DNA of 64,000 nucleotides from Alphaproteobacteria bacterium (GTDB lineage Bacteria; Pseudomonadota; Alphaproteobacteria; RF32; CAG-239): NCBI GenBank assembly GCA_017475705.1, contig JAFVFB010000030.1, positions 1,056 to 65,055 of the forward strand, read 5' to 3'. Shown piece by piece: positions 58,270 to 64,000 of this stretch (position 1 is its first letter; each line of letters starts with the position of its first letter). The notes under the pieces were generated by a model. It saw only the letters and a program-made list of their open reading frames with translations, ran no database searches and was not told where the DNA came from. The position numbers and the translations under genes were made by a program.

Positions 58270-59502
58270 TCAATTATTGTAAAATAAATATGCAAGACCA
58301 ATAGCAGCTGTAATTCCAGCAATATCAGATAATAAAGCATATTTCAAGGCATAGCGTGTTTTAGAAATATTAATAGCCCCAAAATAAACTGTTAGGACAT
58401 AAAAAGTAGTCTCTGTAGAACCTTGAATGACAGACGAGGTAAAAGCAGCAAAGCTGTCGGCACCAAAAGTTTGCATGCTTTCAATCATCATCGCTCGTGC
58501 GCCACTACCTGAAAGAGGCTTCATTAAAGCGGTAGGCAAAGCATCTACAAAACGATCATCTACGGAAAGCCAGTGGCAAAAAGCTTTAGCACCATCAACT
58601 AGAAAATCTAAAATACCTGCGGCTCTGAATACACCGATAACTACTAGCATTGCTAATAAATATGGAAGAATGCGGATTGCAACTGTAAAACCTTCTTTAG
58701 CTCCATCAACAAAAGCTTCATAACAATGCGTTTTCTGATGGATGCAAATAAGAATAATGGCCGTGATTAATGCTAATAAAATAATATTTCCTAATCCTGC
58801 GGAAAAGGCTAGGCGTTTTTCAATCGGAAGCCAATAAAAAAGGCCTACCAAGGCACCAATAATCAAAATAAAACTGCAAAAAAATTTGAGCAACAGAGGT
58901 TGTTTTAAATCGATTCGCTGTTTTAGCGCAACACTGAAAAAACCAACTAAAGTCGAAACTGACGTGGCAAGTAAAATAGGGATAAAAACATCTGTTGGGT
59001 AGCTGGCACCCATTTGCGCACGATACATAAAGATAGTCATAGGAATAAGGGTAACAGACGAAGCATTGATAATCATAAATAAAATTTGAGCATCACTAGC
59101 TGTATCTTTCTTAGAATTATGGGATTGTAATTGTTCCATAGCTCTTATGCCCATAGGAGTCGCGGCATTATCTAAACCAAGAAAATTAGCAGCCATGTTT
59201 AGCACCACAGTTGAAATTGCTGGGCTATCATGAGGAATATCTTTCATAATAATCTGAAAAAAAGGTGAAAGCTTTTTGGAAATAAACCCTGCTAGACCGG
59301 ATTCTTCAATTAATTTTAGTATTCCCAACCAAAAACTTAGTATACCAATTAACCCCAGAGAAATATCAACAGCTGCTTGGGAGTTTTTAAAAATGGCATC
59401 AACAATTTTTCCAAAAATTTCGGTATCCTGCAAAAAAATCAGTCGATAAAAAGCAACGACGACCGCACATAAAAACATTCCGGCCCATAGAATATTAATC
59501 AT
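58270..59502 (-). CDS. SpmA/SpmB fusion (Gate / nucleoside-recognition domain) membrane protein
   Basis: ANFLGLDNAATPMG, INASSVTLIP, KPLSGSGA, QGSTETTFYVLTVYFG. Confidence 0.9.
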   Translation of the reverse strand: MINILWAGMFLCAVVVAFYRLIFLQDTEIFGKIVDAIFKNSQAAVDISLGLIGILSFWLGILKLIEESGLAGFISKKLSPFFQIIMKDIPHDSPAISTVVLNMAANFLGLDNAATPMGIRAMEQLQSHNSKKDTASDAQILFMIINASSVTLIPMTIFMYRAQMGASYPTDVFIPILLATSVSTLVGFFSVALKQRIDLKQPLLLKFFCSFILIIGALVGLFYWLPIEKRLAFSAGLGNIILLALITAIILICIHQKTHCYEAFVDGAKEGFTVAIRILPYLLAMLVVIGVFRAAGILDFLVDGAKAFCHWLSVDDRFVDALPTALMKPLSGSGARAMMIESMQTFGADSFAAFTSSVIQGSTETTFYVLTVYFGAINISKTRYALKYALLSDIAGITAAIGLAYLFYNN

Positions 59503-59586
59503 CGTATCCCCTCTTTTAAGCAAATATTTAATATCTGTGAGGCATAATAAACTCGAAAGTTTAATATTTACCAAAGGAAAACAAAG

Positions 59587-60507
59587 ATGGCAGAAATAAA
59601 TGCTGAAATAGAAAAAAAGAAATTTATGCAATATTATCAGCAAACGATTAAGCCTAATTTGGCTCCCTTAGAACAGAGACGGAAGAAAAAACTTTATCTG
59701 TTTATAATAATGTGCTGCAGTGTATTGATATGGATAGGCTCTCTCTGCAATTTTCGGGGAAAGGGAGGGGAAATACTGGATAGGTATGGAGCGGTTTTTT
59801 GCTTTATTGTATTGGCCATTTGCTTGCCAATGTTAGCCTACTATAGGCAGAGTAAAGAGAGCATTTTGCCACTGATTATCAAATATTTTGGCGATTTTAC
59901 ATATACCTATAAACCAAGCTTATCACAACTCAATTTACAGCAATCATGCCTAATGAATACAGCACAACCAATAATCACCGATGACGGGTTTACAGGCCAA
60001 TACGATGGGGTTCCTGTGAAAATTATAGATTATCAAATAAAACCCGATAATCAGGTAGCAGGTTCACCAGCAAAACCAGAACGAGGAATCATTTTTTTTG
60101 CCTCAATGAATAAAAATTTTTCAGGTCAAACGATTGTACTGAGAAATAAAAGGTTTAAGCATGGAAAAGTAAATGTACCAAATTTGCAATCGGTGAAATT
60201 AGAATCTGTTGAATTTGAAAAAATATATAATGTCTATGCCAATGACCAGATTGAAGCACGCTACATATTAACAGTGACAATGATGGAATACATGTTACAG
60301 CTACAACGAGTATTTCCCAAAGCTGAATTTAGCTTTTACAATCATAATATGTTGATTAGAATTAGAACTGTTGAGAATTTTTTTGAGTGCAGCCATTTTT
60401 TTCAAACTCTGCTGAACCCAAAAACAACAGATAAAATTTTTACGCAACTCTATCTGTTATTTTCTATCATAAAAATTTTGCAGTTAAACCAAGAAAAACT
60501 GCTCTAA
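59587..60507 (+). CDS. DUF3137-like protein
   Basis: Two TMs; DDGFTG, KNFSGQTIV, VKLESVEFEKIYNVYANDQIEARYILT. Confidence 0.8.
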   Translation: MAEINAEIEKKKFMQYYQQTIKPNLAPLEQRRKKKLYLFIIMCCSVLIWIGSLCNFRGKGGEILDRYGAVFCFIVLAICLPMLAYYRQSKESILPLIIKYFGDFTYTYKPSLSQLNLQQSCLMNTAQPIITDDGFTGQYDGVPVKIIDYQIKPDNQVAGSPAKPERGIIFFASMNKNFSGQTIVLRNKRFKHGKVNVPNLQSVKLESVEFEKIYNVYANDQIEARYILTVTMMEYMLQLQRVFPKAEFSFYNHNMLIRIRTVENFFECSHFFQTLLNPKTTDKIFTQLYLLFSIIKILQLNQEKLL

Positions 60508-61397
60508 TTACCGCTATCTAAAGCTCGAATAGTACGAACCGCCTCTTCATAAAGCACTTTATTGGTTCGAAGAGAAAGACGAAGATTGGATTTAGCCAAG
60601 TCTTCATTAGTGCCGCAATCATAGCGCTCAGATGCTGTTAAAACGCCATGGAAAGAGACACCTTTCTGAATTGCAAGATTGAGCGCATCAGTAAGGTTGA
60701 TTTCGCCGTTTGTTCCCTTTTGCACAGCCGGCAACAAATCTAAAATCACATTAGGCAAAATATAAGGCCCCATGCTGGCAAAGCTTGAACTTATCTCCTC
60801 TAATTTTGGTTTTTCAATAATACCTGTAGCTGTCACAACATTTTCTTTAGCTTTGGCATTAACTAAAACGCCATAGCGAGAAAGTTGTTCTTGAGGAAAT
60901 TTGATAATATTTTCAACAATACCGCCATATATTTCATAAATATCCAACAGTTGAGATAAAATACCCTTGCCAGGACATACATAAACATCATCAACCCACA
61001 TGACCATGAAATCTCTTTTGCCAATGATATCTTTAGCACACAACACGGCATGACCATTACCTTTAGGATCAGATTGGCAAGCAAAAGAAAATTTTATACC
61101 TTCCGGTACAGTTCGCTTTAATGCAGCCCACAGCTCGAGCTTATCATGCCGCAGCAGATTCTCTTCTAGAGCAGCATTGCCGGAAAAATAGCGTTCATAC
61201 ATTTTTTTATTAGATTCATCACTATAGATAAAAATAACTTCTTTAACCCCGGCCTCAGCACAGGCATCAACCGCATATTGAATAATAGGGAAATTATTGA
61301 GACATAAGAAACCTTTATGCATAGCTTTTGTTGCTGGTAAATTACGTGTAGAAAGACCTGCAACCGGCAAGACAACGACCTCAGGTTTTGTAAACAT
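60504..61397 (-). CDS. galU: UTP-glucose-1-phosphate uridylyltransferase-like nucleotidyltransferase
   Basis: PVAGLSTRNLPATKA, Q..PKGNGHAV, IEKP, GEINLTDA, YDCG. Confidence 0.85.
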   Translation of the reverse strand: MFTKPEVVVLPVAGLSTRNLPATKAMHKGFLCLNNFPIIQYAVDACAEAGVKEVIFIYSDESNKKMYERYFSGNAALEENLLRHDKLELWAALKRTVPEGIKFSFACQSDPKGNGHAVLCAKDIIGKRDFMVMWVDDVYVCPGKGILSQLLDIYEIYGGIVENIIKFPQEQLSRYGVLVNAKAKENVVTATGIIEKPKLEEISSSFASMGPYILPNVILDLLPAVQKGTNGEINLTDALNLAIQKGVSFHGVLTASERYDCGTNEDLAKSNLRLSLRTNKVLYEEAVRTIRALDSGN

Positions 61398-61468
61398 GAC
61401 GATACTCCTTTGCAAAATTATACACTGACAATAATCTAAATACGATAAACCTGCAACAGAGAAATAAT

Positions 61469-64000
61469 TTATTTCCCATATAAAGAATCTGATTTCAAAA
61501 TTTTACCACTAAAAACAATATTCTTAGTTTGATTTGCAACAAAAAGATATTCATGAGGATAAGCAACAGCAGGTAAGACCGTCGATTTATCACGCAGCAT
61601 ATTTTTACCTAGTAAACCGCTAAAATGAATTTTATCGGCAGCAGGATTGGCCTGCAACAAAGATGAAGATAAAGGTTCTGTGGTAGGTAAGGTAAGCGAA
61701 GGTTCAACTGATGTGGGCGATGTCCCAATATGAACTAAGGAGACGACAGGTGATGGTGGAGCGGTTTTCTTAAAACCGGATTTTTGGCTAAGTTCCTGTT
61801 GGCTCATATCTTCTGCAATAATTGACAGAGAGGGAGCTTTATTTAGATGACTAACTGGCGCAACACCGGATTGAGGGACTGTTGTTGATGCAATTTGCTG
61901 TGGCAAATCAGCATAAAAAGTTTGAATGTGCGTAGGGGCGCTATCACTAAGTTTTTGTTGTTTACTCAACAAGCTATCAGTTGCAATTTCGAAACGATTT
62001 AATGACCTTAAAAAGGTACGAATATTTTTTTGTGTATCAACATCAATAGCTTTGCGTTCAAAATCTGCCAAAGGAGATTTTTGTTCTACAATCTCTGATG
62101 CCTTTGAAGCACTAGATTGTACGGATAACGTCGTCAAATTTTCTGCTACTCTATTTTCTGCTATTTTATCAGGAATAGCTATGGCATTCATTAATGGGGA
62201 GATACCAGCGAAATTGAGCATAGAAACTATTTGTAAATTTTGACTTTCTTGATGGGTCATAGGGATTTGCTGCAAGACTGCAAGAATTTTGGCAGAAGCA
62301 TCTTGAGCATTTAAGGAATCAAGGTCTTTTTTTTTAGATAAATCACCTTCTAAGGATAATGAACTTGTCGTTTCAGCAACTTGATTAGGCTTAGACGGCA
62401 ATGGTTTGCCATCTGTTGAGGTGGGACTGTTAATATCAATTAAAGCAGGGTCTGCCGGAGGATAGACCATATAACGGTCATCTTCACGGGTAGTGATTTT
62501 TAACAAATTACGAAAGGCATCAAGACTTTTGATGATTTTACCATCCATACGTGTTGTGTAAGTAAGCAAGGTGTGTAAAGCTTGGTTTGTAAGGTCATTG
62601 TTTTCTTGCATTTCAGAAATTTTTGCAGTATCGACAATGCTTAAGTAATTTTCACGCATCTTATCATATAAAGTCGTAATTTTATCCATATCATCTAAAA
62701 CAGCTTGATGGTCATAAAGCATTTGCTGTTTAAGATGGTTGTTAAGCGGTGCAGTATCTGTTGCAAAGAGATTATTGATCTGCTCCAGATAAACCTTAGC
62801 CACACTATTATAGTAAGCAGAATTGTTGTGGGCAACATTATAAACCCAAGTAATTTTATTAAATAAGTTGTCAAAAATATATTTACCATCAACAATGTAA
62901 TTATCCTCTAAGGATTTAGGAATAAACTTAAGCTTGGACTTAAGGACATTTAATTCAGCCCCCATATCAATCAAAGTTTTTTCATCAGGCTGATGGTCAG
63001 CTATTTTTAACATGCGCGTTAGTTTCTTTTCTGACTTTTGTAGGGTATTAAGGTTCATACGATAAAGATGATTGACGTTTTCATTACTGGTTTGCGGCTT
63101 AAATTTTTGAGCATCTGTTTGTAATTGTGTTACATAGGCTAACTCTTGTTCGAGCTGAGATTTAATCTGAGAAACTTTGGCTGCTCGTTTTTCTTTTTGC
63201 CGCTTTTGCTGCGCTTCTTGAGCCTCTTTCAAACGTAATTCTGTCTGATGGATGCGTTGAATACTTTCTTTTAAATCAGCTTTAACTTGCGGTGCATCAA
63301 GCTGACCATCAAAACTGAATTTTAGAACATCTAAGAAGGATGCATTATGATAAACAGCCTCAAAGACAGCAGTAAAGAGCCAGCTATTAAGATTAAGATC
63401 CAAAGTCATACCAACATTAGCAACTGGTGATTCGAAAACGACACTATCAGAAACCAATAGCCCATTCGAGATATTATACTTACCAGTTATTTTGCTGAAA
63501 TTACTCTGACCAGATTGTAGACTGCGATGAATGCTCTCTTCAAAACCATCAGTATTCTTGCGCTGTTCAAGTTCAAACTTTATGATATCTAAATCCCAAC
63601 CCTTAACGGAGGTATCAGTATATGAAAAATCACCATGAGAAGTCAAATTTTCTATAAAGTCTTGAGCTGAGGTTGCCAAGGATTTAAAATTCCCTTGCGC
63701 TGTTAGAATACCAGGGCCGATAGCATAGGTATTACCCCCTATTCCAGAGAAGGGCACTGATTTAAGCTCATACTGCCCATTAATATCAGGGATATTATGA
63801 CTATTAAGCTTAAAGTTAAGAGAAATTAGAGTGTCATGGTCATGAGCTATAAAATTTTGAACATCAAGCAAACCATCATTTAGAGTTGCATTTAAAAGAG
63901 CAGAAGTATAATTTTTACCCTTAAATACTAACTGTTGAGAAGCTAATTGCATCTTAAAGTTGACATTTTTCATAGGACTGTAATCAATCTTTTGTGCATC
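61469..64000 (-). CDS. AsmA-like protein (5' truncated by the window) with a long helical and low-complexity extension
   Basis: Frame is open to 64000 (DAQKIDYSP precedes ATG 63973). AsmA-like C-terminus: L.G.D..G.S.F..I.G..I.NG..F.G.LDAPQV. Confidence 0.7.
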   Translation of the reverse strand, partial: DAQKIDYSPMKNVNFKMQLASQQLVFKGKNYTSALLNATLNDGLLDVQNFIAHDHDTLISLNFKLNSHNIPDINGQYELKSVPFSGIGGNTYAIGPGILTAQGNFKSLATSAQDFIENLTSHGDFSYTDTSVKGWDLDIIKFELEQRKNTDGFEESIHRSLQSGQSNFSKITGKYNISNGLLVSDSVVFESPVANVGMTLDLNLNSWLFTAVFEAVYHNASFLDVLKFSFDGQLDAPQVKADLKESIQRIHQTELRLKEAQEAQQKRQKEKRAAKVSQIKSQLEQELAYVTQLQTDAQKFKPQTSNENVNHLYRMNLNTLQKSEKKLTRMLKIADHQPDEKTLIDMGAELNVLKSKLKFIPKSLEDNYIVDGKYIFDNLFNKITWVYNVAHNNSAYYNSVAKVYLEQINNLFATDTAPLNNHLKQQMLYDHQAVLDDMDKITTLYDKMRENYLSIVDTAKISEMQENNDLTNQALHTLLTYTTRMDGKIIKSLDAFRNLLKITTREDDRYMVYPPADPALIDINSPTSTDGKPLPSKPNQVAETTSSLSLEGDLSKKKDLDSLNAQDASAKILAVLQQIPMTHQESQNLQIVSMLNFAGISPLMNAIAIPDKIAENRVAENLTTLSVQSSASKASEIVEQKSPLADFERKAIDVDTQKNIRTFLRSLNRFEIATDSLLSKQQKLSDSAPTHIQTFYADLPQQIASTTVPQSGVAPVSHLNKAPSLSIIAEDMSQQELSQKSGFKKTAPPSPVVSLVHIGTSPTSVEPSLTLPTTEPLSSSLLQANPAADKIHFSGLLGKNMLRDKSTVLPAVAYPHEYLFVANQTKNIVFSGKILKSDSLYGK

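Overview
This is an AT-rich chromosomal segment of an Alphaproteobacterium. GcrA, the alpha-type acidic RpoZ, Zn-free L36, DUF2155/MlaD and a YbjN-like gene support this. A gut-associated RF32/Rhodospirillales-like lineage is my inference. Most of the window is housekeeping: hpf-lptB-lptC/A-kdsD, holC, degP-hflC-hflK, mrp, gcrA, rpoZ-spoT-acpS, rnc-era, tRNA-Gly(CCC), ettA, rpmJ, a Gld-like ABC transporter, mlaD x2, clpPX, leuS-lptE-holA, mlaC, fabDG, ftsK, gap-pgk, queA, lgt, dtd, galU and an AsmA-like gene. I recognised no transposase, integrase, prophage or CRISPR-Cas. The best candidate for something new is a 598-aa gene between clpX and holA. It joins a PcfJ-like domain to 8+ tandem 63-bp LRR-like repeats whose scaffold codons are almost identical while four codons per repeat are hypervariable. 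A perfect 23-bp-arm palindrome lies upstream of it. Other notable items are an orphan VirB8, a TolC-Ig-domain fusion, an LptC-poly-LptA fusion, a 930-aa modular protein with basic termini, and apparent in-situ replacement of leuS (Clostridia-type) and gap (Bacteroidota-type). Four core genes (mrp, clpX, gap, dtd) carry single-base lesions, most likely consensus errors. All family calls come from motif recognition by eye; no database searches were run.
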